Source: Candidatus Poribacteria bacterium (GTDB taxonomy: Bacteria; Poribacteria; WGA-4E; UBA9662). From it: a DNA stretch of 25,059 bases. The notes beneath the pieces were generated by a model that made no database searches, was not told the origin of the DNA, and saw only the letters and a list, made by a program, of their open reading frames with translations. Location of the stretch: positions 1-25,059 of the forward strand of contig JAYZAL010000090.1 of the NCBI GenBank assembly GCA_036339735.1. The letters run 5' to 3'. A program made the translations under genes and the position numbers. Shown here in pieces: positions 15,301-23,667 of the stretch; within the stretch, counting starts at the first letter, position 1; every line of letters starts with the position of its first letter.

Positions 15301-16249
15301 TAAACGTGAAGACGTGGCTGATGGGTTAGAGCAAACAGTTACATCAGTTGCTCAGTTGGCAACAACGTCGGCCACTCCTTTGGCTGCAGTTGGACAACTT
15401 GGTAACCTGACACAAGAGTTGAACTTAGAAAAAACACCAGTCAATGGTAATCAACCTGAGCTTTTTGATAGTCAAGAAAGGGCAGCTCCTATTGTACCAA
15501 TTAGATATAGTAATTTAATTAATAGGGGAGATGAAAAAAAAATCTCAGATGATAACAATGTACTACCTACTACACTAGGTGAAAAGGCAGAAAACCCAAT
15601 AATGGGCCCAGATTTGCCTAATGATGCTGAAGATATCGAAAAAACCGAGTTATTCAGTGAAGAAACCCCTCTATCAGGTTTAAATCCCGATCATGACTTA
15701 ACAAAAGAGAAAGTACCAAGTGATACGACCTCATATGAAGATATGGCAATTGCACCAGAAATGACTACACAAGTTGGTATTCATTTGGTAACTCCAGCAA
15801 GAAAAATAAAGGCGATGGTACCTAGTCGTCGTATTTTAATAAATTTGCCTCAAATCCTCACGGAGCCGCACAGCGGAATTGATCCATTACTAGAAGACCA
15901 AGATGAGATTTATGTTCCTCAAATTCGGCAAACTATTCTCGTAACCGGCGGAGTATTACACCCCAGTTCTTTTATTTTTCGAAAAGGTTTGAAAAGTAAG
16001 GATTATATTGAAATGGCTGGTGGGTTTGCCCGAGATGCAGATACCAATGGTGTTTATTTGTTGAAAGCCAATGGCCTAGCTTATCGCGGAAAGAAGGCTG
16101 ATCGTATTGAAAACGGAGACGTAATTGTAGTTCCAACACGAGTAATGGTTGAGCGAGTCAATGAACGATGGGATCAAATATTTAGTGTTGTTCGCCTAAC
16201 TTTGGTAACCGCTACTACAGCGTATCTAGTCGGTCAATTTACCAAGTAA
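12392..16249 (+). CDS. Polysaccharide export protein (Wza/KpsD-like OPX family) with a Poly_export domain and 9 SLBB domains
   Basis: LQRFGYQYF, LAPGDKL..VVDAQGYAILPPVG (Poly_export) and nine V.I.G.V..PG.Y...L..AGG-type repeats; C-terminal amphipathic helix. Start moved from 12299 to ATG 12392 because it has a GAGGG RBS, gives the signal peptide MLLKQ...SFA-Q and avoids overlapping the terminator. Confidence 0.9.
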   Translation: MLLKQSLIIPLLFCFLSSLSFAQNQSLLPYYNQLQQLSKQTDQTEETDQTDQTEETDQTDQTEETEETDQTDQTEETEETDQTDQTDQTEETDQTDQTDQTDQTETTNDDLLSQKSSKKKPQRFGYQYFEGARKRILRLEQQLQTKGVPQAKIQDAIGGFVGPIEMMQGNVNAQIPHNRILAPGDKLTLISWSDQTPLKKSEIVVDAQGYAILPPVGKLVVRGMTLTQFEKIAQEAFSHKQFTDLKVVASFMELHTIQVFITGWVFRPGTYATSSVTSVFNALYLSGGPSESGGLRNIHLIRNGETTHIDFYQYLMKGDSSQDIPLVAGDTIYIAPVEKLVEISGEVRRPGAYEILPDDSFDVLLEMAGGIKPTGFAKRIQINTVLPNEEYILREIDVSKKTNPPIFHGDEVRVLPIRDEVLNIVHIEGLVKRSGIYELKPGMRIANLIKRAEGLAGEAFLDRADLFRLNEDEKTTVLVPLNLRKALAEDTEHNLEMKSRDRLVIYSKFEVDWYPERIVRIEGDVTKSGSYERSDRMRILDLLTQAGGLKPTAYLPRATLFRLNQRQQMVIAVTVNLEQLQKGIGSQNILLVDGDTLMIHRFDEVEWYAKKEVTVTGHVQKPGIYPRLDNMSVNDLIFHSGGVLPNSDNVALILRRNRKWVVSESIKVDLTAPDQANLQLEDGDNLIIYTKPERKWQAKREVIISGAVQNPGVYERVDNMTVSDLLFRAGGTLPSAYLDRAYLQRFLPDQERTKLVPINLKQIHDGVENADFLLQDRDNLTVSTFQEVAYYPKPNVTIYGAVQLPGEYDYQEGMKLADLLFLAGGKLPNARDTAEVARAFGTEETQILKVDLNKLLDGDNSQNITLNSRDVVTIPSLQNFREDPITVTISGQVAYPGVYTIQPQDRLSDLINRAGGLTDYAFPAGAVFSRKEEKLIDKNQLDALERTIRQVEAEKEYEYIRELAKSQRAYKREDVADGLEQTVTSVAQLATTSATPLAAVGQLGNLTQELNLEKTPVNGNQPELFDSQERAAPIVPIRYSNLINRGDEKKISDDNNVLPTTLGEKAENPIMGPDLPNDAEDIEKTELFSEETPLSGLNPDHDLTKEKVPSDTTSYEDMAIAPEMTTQVGIHLVTPARKIKAMVPSRRILINLPQILTEPHSGIDPLLEDQDEIYVPQIRQTILVTGGVLHPSSFIFRKGLKSKDYIEMAGGFARDADTNGVYLLKANGLAYRGKKADRIENGDVIVVPTRVMVERVNERWDQIFSVVRLTLVTATTAYLVGQFTK
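12512..12700 (+). repeat. In-frame 9-bp tandem repeat, 21 units (14 x ACAGATCAA = TDQ, 7 x ACAGAAGAA = TEE)
   Basis: Counted directly from the sequence and its translation; no synonymous variation among units. Confidence 0.95.
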
Positions 16250-16304
16250 AGAGAAAATTGATTTCTTGTGGTAACCAAATGATTAAAATCATGATGAACT
16301 TGAG

Positions 16305-19295
16305 ATGTCCAAAACTGATCTATCCATAGTTCAGCTCATCTTCAGCTTAGTTATATTCCTATTTTCTGGTTTTGGGACCATTTTCCTATGGCGAAAAAGT
16401 CAACGTAACCATAATCGGTTGATCGAATTCCAGTTATTCGGTTTAGGTTTTGCTGGAGTTACACTAAGCTCTATTTTTTTAGTTCCAGCCTGGGCTTACC
16501 TATATACTGAAATTCTTTGGTACAAAAATGTCTCGTATGATCACATTTTTTTCTCACTCCTGCACTTAAAATGGATTCGACTAATAGGCAAACATTTACT
16601 AATTGCTCTAGCTTTCATTAGTGGTAATTGCCTCATAGCTCACCTTATTTGCCCAGTATCCACTGAATTTGGACGTTGGACACAAGAACGAACCTATCGT
16701 TTTTACCGTTTGATCGCTACTATAGTTATTCTCATTTCATTAGTATTAGCTTTACCAATGGCTTTTTTTTGGGATCATTTTTTACGAGCTGATAATGCGA
16801 TCCAAATGGGCGACCTTGAGCCAATTTTTCAGTTGCCGAAGACCTATTTTCTATTTCAGTTTCCAAAAGACAGGATTACTAATACTTGGTATCGTTGCTT
16901 GATGTGGAGTAATATCTTCGTCATGGCACTTTTATACCATTTTTACTATCGGCGAGACCCTCAGACGGTAGCCCGTATCAAAATCGGCCTAGCTTTACAT
17001 GCTAGTATTCTGTGGTTGCTTTTATTAATTTTATCTTTTTGGGGATGCCAACTAGGTATTTGGAATACACTATTTACATCGAAAGTGCCATGGGGATTGG
17101 GCAGATTAGACGGATTTGGCTTCATTGATGATAAGCTTATTAAAGCATACCAACTCTATCGTATAGTACTTTGTTTAGTTGGTGTTTCTATTTTATTAAA
17201 TTTGATATGGCGTGTCCGGTGGATATGGTATGTTTCATCAATTGGGTGGATAGTCAGTTATCTAGTTTTGATTCAAGTTTACCCATTGGCTTCCCATTTA
17301 ATCAAAGAACGTCGAGATCCACATGTAGAAATTCCCTATTTAGTTAATCATATTAAGGCTACCCGTCAGGCTTTTGGACTCGACTCGATTGCCCAAAGAG
17401 TTGGAGATGTTACCGGAAGTGCAACACTTGATTTGATCGAAAAACACCCAGAAGTCAAAGACAATATCCAAATTTGGGATCGGAGAGTGTTATATGAAGT
17501 CCTAACTGGCCACCCACAACGGTTGATGCCATATTTTCAGTTTCATCCTTATACAGACGTTGACCGCTACCGAATTAATGGAAACCTGCGACAAGTCTTA
17601 GTAGCTGCCAGAGAAATTGATGTTGACTCGTTGCCGGAAGAAGCACAAGATTGGGTTCACAGAAAACTAATCTATACACATGGGTACGGGGTTTGTGTAG
17701 TACCGGTCAACGAATTTCAGCAGCAAGACCCTGTATTTTGGGTGAAAGGCGAAAAAAAAGTCGGCGATGAGTGGCGGCTTGTCAGCCAAAATGATTTTCC
17801 AACTATTACGCAGCCACAAATTTATTATGGAGAATTAACCCAAGAATATGTCATTGTCAGAACTAATCGGGAAGAAGTAGATCTAGAAAATCACGAATAC
17901 CAAGGTGAGGGGGGTATTTTGCTGAATAGTTGGATCCGTAGATTTGCTTTTGCCGTTCGGTTTGATTTTTGGCGGATTATTTTGTCGACGGATATTAATT
18001 CTGCAGAAAGCCGAATCATGTTTCAACGTAAGATTGGAACAAGAAAAGCAACAAGTCTTGAAATTGTCTCTGATCGTGTTTCTCATGTGGCTCCATTCTT
18101 TAAATGCGATCCAGACCCTTATATTGTAGTTGGCGATGATGGACAACTATGGTGGATTGTTGATCTCTACTTAACAAGTGAACATTATCCGAACTCCAAG
18201 ACTTACATAGATAAAACAACACTAACGGAAACATACTCTGAACCGAAATTTGATAGGTACAACTACGTCAGGAATCCAGCCGTTGCAGTTATCAATGCCT
18301 ACAGTGGAAAGATTAATTTCTATTTTACGAAAGAAACAACCGAACCAATTTCTTTGAGTTACGAAAAAGCATTTACCACAGACGATGGAAGGTCCTTGTT
18401 TAAACCTCTACGAGAAATGCCGGCTGGCTTACAAAATCATTTGCGTTATCCTGACTATCTGACCAGAGTTCAAGCAGAAATTTATAAAGATTATCACGTC
18501 TTCGATAGTCATCCCAACAATTACTCAACTATCTTTTTTCAAGCCTCGGATAAATGGGATATACCAAAGGAAAAGTACGGAGAAGATAATTCTTATAAAC
18601 CAATGATGCCCTACTATGCGACTGTTAGTTTACCTGGTCGTCATTCAAATTCTGATTTAGTTGAGTTCGTCAATATCATCCCTTTTACACCACCAGAGCG
18701 AGTTCGGTACATGAATGCGGTGATGGTTGCGCGTTGTGACGACGAGTTTTATGGACAACTAGTCCTATATAATTTACCGAAGGATCAAACTATCCTTGGC
18801 CCAACTCTGGCTGAGGCAACCATCGATACCGAACTATCTCAGGATTTAACACTATGGAACCAGCAAGGAACCGTAGTTATTAGAGGTAATTTACTGGTTA
18901 TTCCTGTTGAAAACACTTTGTTTTACATAGAGCCAATCTACTTAAAACCAGAAGGTGTAGCATATCCAGACCTTGAGGTCATCACAGTTCAAGCTGGTGG
19001 GCAATTCGCATCAGCCAGTGATTTCGACGGCGCATTGAGGGAAATTTACGGCATAGGAATTTCAGCCATCGATAAAGAACAAATACCAAAAATCACAAAC
19101 GGAAATTCTGAATCTGAGGCCGTTGCTTTAAGTTTGGAGTATTTAATCCAATCAGCCAGCAAGAACTATAAGCAATATCTAGAACTAACAGGAGATGGAA
19201 ATTTATCAAAAGCTGCAGAAGCGTTTGAATCTTTAGGACAAAACCTAAAATCTTTAGTCAAAAAAGAATACATCAATCATCCACCAATTAAATAG
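16305..19295 (+). CDS. UPF0182 (COG1615) family membrane protein
   Basis: Multi-TM N-terminal half, then the family motifs HIKATRQAFGL, DVDRY, YTHGYG, PQIYYGE, DPDPY, NYVRN, HLRYP, RGNLLVIP and YIEPIY. Confidence 0.9.
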   Translation: MSKTDLSIVQLIFSLVIFLFSGFGTIFLWRKSQRNHNRLIEFQLFGLGFAGVTLSSIFLVPAWAYLYTEILWYKNVSYDHIFFSLLHLKWIRLIGKHLLIALAFISGNCLIAHLICPVSTEFGRWTQERTYRFYRLIATIVILISLVLALPMAFFWDHFLRADNAIQMGDLEPIFQLPKTYFLFQFPKDRITNTWYRCLMWSNIFVMALLYHFYYRRDPQTVARIKIGLALHASILWLLLLILSFWGCQLGIWNTLFTSKVPWGLGRLDGFGFIDDKLIKAYQLYRIVLCLVGVSILLNLIWRVRWIWYVSSIGWIVSYLVLIQVYPLASHLIKERRDPHVEIPYLVNHIKATRQAFGLDSIAQRVGDVTGSATLDLIEKHPEVKDNIQIWDRRVLYEVLTGHPQRLMPYFQFHPYTDVDRYRINGNLRQVLVAAREIDVDSLPEEAQDWVHRKLIYTHGYGVCVVPVNEFQQQDPVFWVKGEKKVGDEWRLVSQNDFPTITQPQIYYGELTQEYVIVRTNREEVDLENHEYQGEGGILLNSWIRRFAFAVRFDFWRIILSTDINSAESRIMFQRKIGTRKATSLEIVSDRVSHVAPFFKCDPDPYIVVGDDGQLWWIVDLYLTSEHYPNSKTYIDKTTLTETYSEPKFDRYNYVRNPAVAVINAYSGKINFYFTKETTEPISLSYEKAFTTDDGRSLFKPLREMPAGLQNHLRYPDYLTRVQAEIYKDYHVFDSHPNNYSTIFFQASDKWDIPKEKYGEDNSYKPMMPYYATVSLPGRHSNSDLVEFVNIIPFTPPERVRYMNAVMVARCDDEFYGQLVLYNLPKDQTILGPTLAEATIDTELSQDLTLWNQQGTVVIRGNLLVIPVENTLFYIEPIYLKPEGVAYPDLEVITVQAGGQFASASDFDGALREIYGIGISAIDKEQIPKITNGNSESEAVALSLEYLIQSASKNYKQYLELTGDGNLSKAAEAFESLGQNLKSLVKKEYINHPPIK

Positions 19296-19306
19296 ATATA
19301 AAACAA

Positions 19307-21583
19307 TCAATAGTAATACAATCCGTCTCTCTTTTGCTGATCGTGCCATTTAACTGAAAAATAAAATAAATTACGCATAATGTCTGAGTTAATTGCAACA
19401 TCTTCTTGAGTTTGGTTCTTTAGGCTTGTGACAATATACAATCCAGCCTGAAGTTGAAGAGTCAAGATGGAGGCATTTTGGTTATCATTAGTCGTAGCAA
19501 AGACACGATACTTGTCAGACCACTCTGACCATGTATCGTGAGTTTTCATCAACTGGACAGGATGAGGGAACTTGAAGAGTTGGTTACCTGCACGGGTTGG
19601 TTTAAATTGTACGTTTTCTTTCTGCTCCTCTCCAATTAACAATTCAGGAATCCAGCCCACACTTCGTCTCCTTAGATTGTGCATTATTTGCCCAGATGTG
19701 ATCACAATTCCACCATGGCTCACAAAATTTTTAATTCGATGTTCGGCATCTATGTTTAGCTGATAACCATCTTTATAAATTTCACCGTATCCTAGCCACA
19801 AAACGTGGGCTTTGTGTAGCGGTGCTGTATTTAGCTCTTTAATTTGCTGACAAAGTAAACGGTGGTTGTCAATCTGTTTAAACTGCTGTAGTTTAGGGAA
19901 TTCGGCTTGTGTCTGGTTCCCAGTTAGTGCCAGAACTTTTATTGGTAGCCCCATTTTTTGAAACTTTTGTGAGCGATAGGCGATGGGCTTAAACAAAATA
20001 TTAGCTATTGGCTCCCGGCGGCTAGGATTCTGGCCAATGGTGTTAACTAAAGCCATATGACCAGCGATTCTTCGTTTGCTAAAGGCTAAAAGGTTTGACC
20101 CTCGAACTCCTCGTAATCGGTCATCCATTTTTTCAAAAGCATTTTGAATGGACCACCTTCGTTCGTAGCTTTGATTCACTTCCCGAAGGTCAATTCGATC
20201 TTCATTAACATTAGTTACATAACCATGAATAACATTAATTCCTTTTACAACCTGGCCATATGAATCTTTAAACTCAACATCTCTGTTTTGCTTAGGATCA
20301 AGTGGGTTTTGAACTAAAGACTCTATGTCTAGAGGGCGCGGCTCAAACCGCTCTGCACTTTCGACAATTTTGCAAAATTCACGCGGGAAAATAACGTCAG
20401 CCTCACGAAAAGATCGAAATGGCAGCGTCAAATATTCGAAGTTTCGGAATGTTCGGTGCTTTTGAGTGAATAGCTGTTGAAATGGCTTAATATTTTCTCT
20501 TTTTGGGTTAGGTCTCATCTCGATTTCTCTAATTTGAAAAGCTGGAACACGAAACCCCCACTTAAGTTCATTTTTGGCATCTCCATCTCCATGATACCGA
20601 ATCTCTTGCATTTCAACATCATATGGGTTGTTATTTTCGATTATTAAACTCGAACCTTCAATTTTTCTCCGAAGACCTCTATCATCTCTAAATCCTTCCT
20701 TCAGTTTTTCTTGGCTGTTTTCACCTAATTTGCCACGTTCTGGAATTCGAACACTCCAGTAGTCTGTATATCCATTTTTATTTTCTTCTACATTCATTAA
20801 ATATATATAACGATCATTATATTCTTTTAAAATACCAACGAATTCTGTAGCTTTTCCATTTTTGTCATCGAAACGAACTTTCACTTTTGTACCAATGAAG
20901 CGTTCAATCAACCTTTCGTAACTTTCTTCCATAGCATAATCGTAGGCATCTTTTTGAATAGTATCCACTTCTTTTTCGATGTTTATGTTACCAATATTTT
21001 GCTGCAATGGCTGAAAAGCTTTCGATCTTTTAATAGACCCCCATATCATTTGAACCGTTTTGGATACGGAATCACGTAGAGCTACACCAAAATTACGAAT
21101 TCGTCTTAGTAGACGTGTAGTAAAACGCGGGTGATATACCCTGTCTAGATCATTATCCCGTTCTTTCCTCTCAGTTTCATTCATTGCATCTAGATATCGA
21201 ATGTAAGCCATAATATCCGAATTTTTGAATAGAAAACTGGGAGGTCCTCCTCTTTGGCGAGACTCCTCAGAAATAATCTCGATCCCGGTTGTTTCCAGTC
21301 GCATAGTTCCATGATACCTGGTACTATCCTTCATCTGAAAAACAAGATATTTGCCCAACAGTTGTTTGAGAATCTTATCCTTTCTAAACAAATCAATCAA
21401 ATAGTTGACTGTGGCGAAAAGGAATATAAGGACGGTAGAGGCTAAAAGAGGATTATCGACTAATCTTTGTAGGAAGGAAACTTTTTCGGCCTCACTAACC
21501 CCACTCTGGGCGGAGACAAGAAACGAACACGAGATAGATAATGCGAAGCAGAACAGTAGAAAGGGCATGCGGGAGAGTACCAT
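19307..21583 (-). CDS. Hypothetical membrane-anchored protein with Sm-like segments and a C-terminal GATase-like/DUF4159-like domain
   Basis: 758-aa ORF with an N-terminal signal-like segment and a TM helix. C-terminal HRIKNFVSHGGIVITSGQ pattern. No clear RBS, so the start is uncertain. Confidence 0.65.
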   Translation of the reverse strand: MVLSRMPFLLFCFALSISCSFLVSAQSGVSEAEKVSFLQRLVDNPLLASTVLIFLFATVNYLIDLFRKDKILKQLLGKYLVFQMKDSTRYHGTMRLETTGIEIISEESRQRGGPPSFLFKNSDIMAYIRYLDAMNETERKERDNDLDRVYHPRFTTRLLRRIRNFGVALRDSVSKTVQMIWGSIKRSKAFQPLQQNIGNINIEKEVDTIQKDAYDYAMEESYERLIERFIGTKVKVRFDDKNGKATEFVGILKEYNDRYIYLMNVEENKNGYTDYWSVRIPERGKLGENSQEKLKEGFRDDRGLRRKIEGSSLIIENNNPYDVEMQEIRYHGDGDAKNELKWGFRVPAFQIREIEMRPNPKRENIKPFQQLFTQKHRTFRNFEYLTLPFRSFREADVIFPREFCKIVESAERFEPRPLDIESLVQNPLDPKQNRDVEFKDSYGQVVKGINVIHGYVTNVNEDRIDLREVNQSYERRWSIQNAFEKMDDRLRGVRGSNLLAFSKRRIAGHMALVNTIGQNPSRREPIANILFKPIAYRSQKFQKMGLPIKVLALTGNQTQAEFPKLQQFKQIDNHRLLCQQIKELNTAPLHKAHVLWLGYGEIYKDGYQLNIDAEHRIKNFVSHGGIVITSGQIMHNLRRRSVGWIPELLIGEEQKENVQFKPTRAGNQLFKFPHPVQLMKTHDTWSEWSDKYRVFATTNDNQNASILTLQLQAGLYIVTSLKNQTQEDVAINSDIMRNLFYFSVKWHDQQKRDGLYYY

Positions 21584-21686
21584 CAGATCAGCTAATGGAA
21601 AGTAGGAAACAGGTCTAACTAAACTTACTGACTACACTAACAGGCGAACCCCAAGGTTGGCCCTGGCGTAACGGACGACGTTGATA

Positions 21687-22466
21687 TCAATTTTCCTGTT
21701 CAGGTTCACCGTTAGCATCTGCTAACCGTGTATTGACCACAATTATAACGGAATCCCGATCTTGACCGCCACGATTGTCTTTCACAAGAACACTCACCAA
21801 ATAACTGCCAGGAGAATCTGCCTTGAATTTAGCGCTAGCACCACTACCTTCTTCAATCAAACCACCAGCATCACTATTTTCTTGATCTCTAGCAGACCAC
21901 TCAAAAACCAAGGTGTCGTTATCTGGGTCACTGGCTTGAGCTACCAGAAAAATCTCTTGATCAACGTAATGTGGCATGGCCGGACTCAGGGTAACCGGAC
22001 TCGTACCGTCTAGGACTGGAGGCTTGTTTAGTGCATTAACCTTGATAAAAGTTGAATTCTGGATTTGATGACCATTACCATCACTTACTGCGACCGATAT
22101 GGCATAAATATCAGCTTGCTCGGCAGAGAAATAGACTTTTGGACCCTTGTTGGGCTCGTCCTGTTCGCCCTCTGTTTCTTGATCTTTCCCTTTTTCGACT
22201 ATGGTTTTAAAAACAGTAGCGACTTCTTCATATTTTCCGTTTCTCGCCGTCCACTCAATTATCAACTCATCTTGATCTGGATCTTCAACCTTGACTTCTA
22301 GTTCAATAGTTTGTCCAGAGAAAACTTCGTAGGGCTGCTCTAATTCAGACAGTATATTAATATCCAAAAATTCTGGCGGCTCATTTCGACCACAACCCAA
22401 CGCACAAAAGATTAAAACAACAAAGAACAGGAAAACGGGAGAACTCAACTGGACTCTATCCATCAT
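21687..22466 (-). CDS. Lipoprotein with two Ig-like (PKD/cadherin-like) domains
   Basis: Lipobox ALG-C; duplicated N.PP...DPD.D.L..EW.AR...Y.(I/V)SV.V.D..G repeat. Confidence 0.8.
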   Translation of the reverse strand: MMDRVQLSSPVFLFFVVLIFCALGCGRNEPPEFLDINILSELEQPYEVFSGQTIELEVKVEDPDQDELIIEWTARNGKYEEVATVFKTIVEKGKDQETEGEQDEPNKGPKVYFSAEQADIYAISVAVSDGNGHQIQNSTFIKVNALNKPPVLDGTSPVTLSPAMPHYVDQEIFLVAQASDPDNDTLVFEWSARDQENSDAGGLIEEGSGASAKFKADSPGSYLVSVLVKDNRGGQDRDSVIIVVNTRLADANGEPEQEN

Positions 22467-22491
22467 CTATTACTTGCCCTGATTCCCGGCA

Positions 22492-22520
22492 ACTCTATCA
22501 TAATCAGTGAATAATGTCAA
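22492..22520 (-). promoter_or_regulatory. Sigma70-type promoter for the Ig-domain lipoprotein operon
   Basis: Minus strand TTGACA (22520-22515), 17-nt spacer, TAGAGT (22497-22492) with an extended -10 TG. Confidence 0.6.
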
Positions 22521-22566
22521 ACTAAAACAAACCAGCACCGTACTTCATTTCACGCTATGGTTCAAC

Positions 22567-22596
22567 TTGACTCAACACGCAGTTCTATGGGATAAT
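22567..22596 (+). promoter_or_regulatory. Sigma70-type promoter for gap-tpiA-secG
   Basis: TTGACT (22567-22572), 18-nt spacer, GATAAT (22591-22596) with an extended -10 TG. Confidence 0.55.
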
Positions 22597-22632
22597 GTGG
22601 AGTTTTTGAAATCAATCTCTTCGAGGTTTAGT

Positions 22633-23637
22633 ATGTCCCTAAAAGTTGGAATTAACGGTTTTGGTCGAATTGGTCGAAATGCGTTCCGCGCCGCACTGGC
22701 TAATCCTAGTTTAGGCGTTGAAATTGTAGCAGTGAATGATCTTACCAATCCTGAAACTCTAGCTCATTTGCTAAAGTATGATTCGGTTCATGGTAATCTG
22801 CCACACGAGATTAGCGCTACAGACGGCGGTCTTCTCGTTAACGGTAGTCCGATTGCAGTCTTTTCTGAGCGCGATCCAGCTGATCTCCGTTGGGGTGACA
22901 ACGGTATAGATGTAGTAATTGAGTCAACGGGGTTTTTCACTGAGAGATCAGATGCGGAAAAACATATCAAGAGTGGTGGAGCAAGGAAAGTTATTATTTC
23001 GGCACCAGCGAAAGGCGAAGACATCACTATTGTTCGTGGAGTTAACGAAGATAATTACGATAAAGATGCTCATCACATTATTTCAAATGCATCTTGTACT
23101 ACGAACTGTTTAGCTCCGATTGCTAAAGTTTTGTTGGAGAATTTTGGTATCAACAGTGGATTAATGACTACAGTTCACGCCTATACTGGAGATCAAAAGG
23201 TACATGATTTTCCACACTCAGATATGCGTCGAGCTAGAGCTGCCGCTTTGTCTATGATACCGACGACTACCGGTGCTGCTGTTGCTGTCTCCCGAGTTTT
23301 ACCGGAACTTGAGGGGAAATTAGATGGGATGGCAATTCGGGTTCCGACGGCTAATGTATCAGTCGTTGATTTGGCAATAGATTTGGAGAAAAAAGCTACA
23401 GCAGATGAAGTAAATGCGACACTTAAAGCAGCGGCTGAATCGAGTTTGACAGGTATACTCGCTTACAGTGAAGAACCACTAGTTTCGATTGACTTTAACG
23501 GTTCAAAATTATCCTCCGTTGTTGATGGACCTTTCACTAAGTTTATTGAAGGTGGATTAGTCAAGATACTTTCGTGGTACGATAACGAAACTGGTTATTC
23601 GAACCGATTGGTTGAGCTAGCTGCGAAGGTTATGTAA
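22633..23637 (+). CDS. gap: Type I glyceraldehyde-3-phosphate dehydrogenase
   Basis: KVGINGFGRIGR, catalytic ASCTTNCL, IPTTTGAA, RVPT and WYDNE. Start moved from 22507 to ATG 22633 (GAGG RBS at 22623-22626). Confidence 0.98.
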   Translation: MSLKVGINGFGRIGRNAFRAALANPSLGVEIVAVNDLTNPETLAHLLKYDSVHGNLPHEISATDGGLLVNGSPIAVFSERDPADLRWGDNGIDVVIESTGFFTERSDAEKHIKSGGARKVIISAPAKGEDITIVRGVNEDNYDKDAHHIISNASCTTNCLAPIAKVLLENFGINSGLMTTVHAYTGDQKVHDFPHSDMRRARAAALSMIPTTTGAAVAVSRVLPELEGKLDGMAIRVPTANVSVVDLAIDLEKKATADEVNATLKAAAESSLTGILAYSEEPLVSIDFNGSKLSSVVDGPFTKFIEGGLVKILSWYDNETGYSNRLVELAAKVM

Positions 23638-23667
23638 TTGTTATTTTAAATTAGACGGAGCACGGAA

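Noticed and set aside
21630-21686. GC-rich hairpin (CCAAGG-TTGG-CCCTGG) between the two minus-strand genes
   Set aside because: Short, with no U-tract or recognisable motif, so not enough to call a terminator or RNA element.
22507-22632. 42-aa N-terminal extension of GAPDH in the ORF track
   Set aside because: This region holds the divergent promoters. GAPDH homology begins at MSLKVGINGFG, which has its own RBS.
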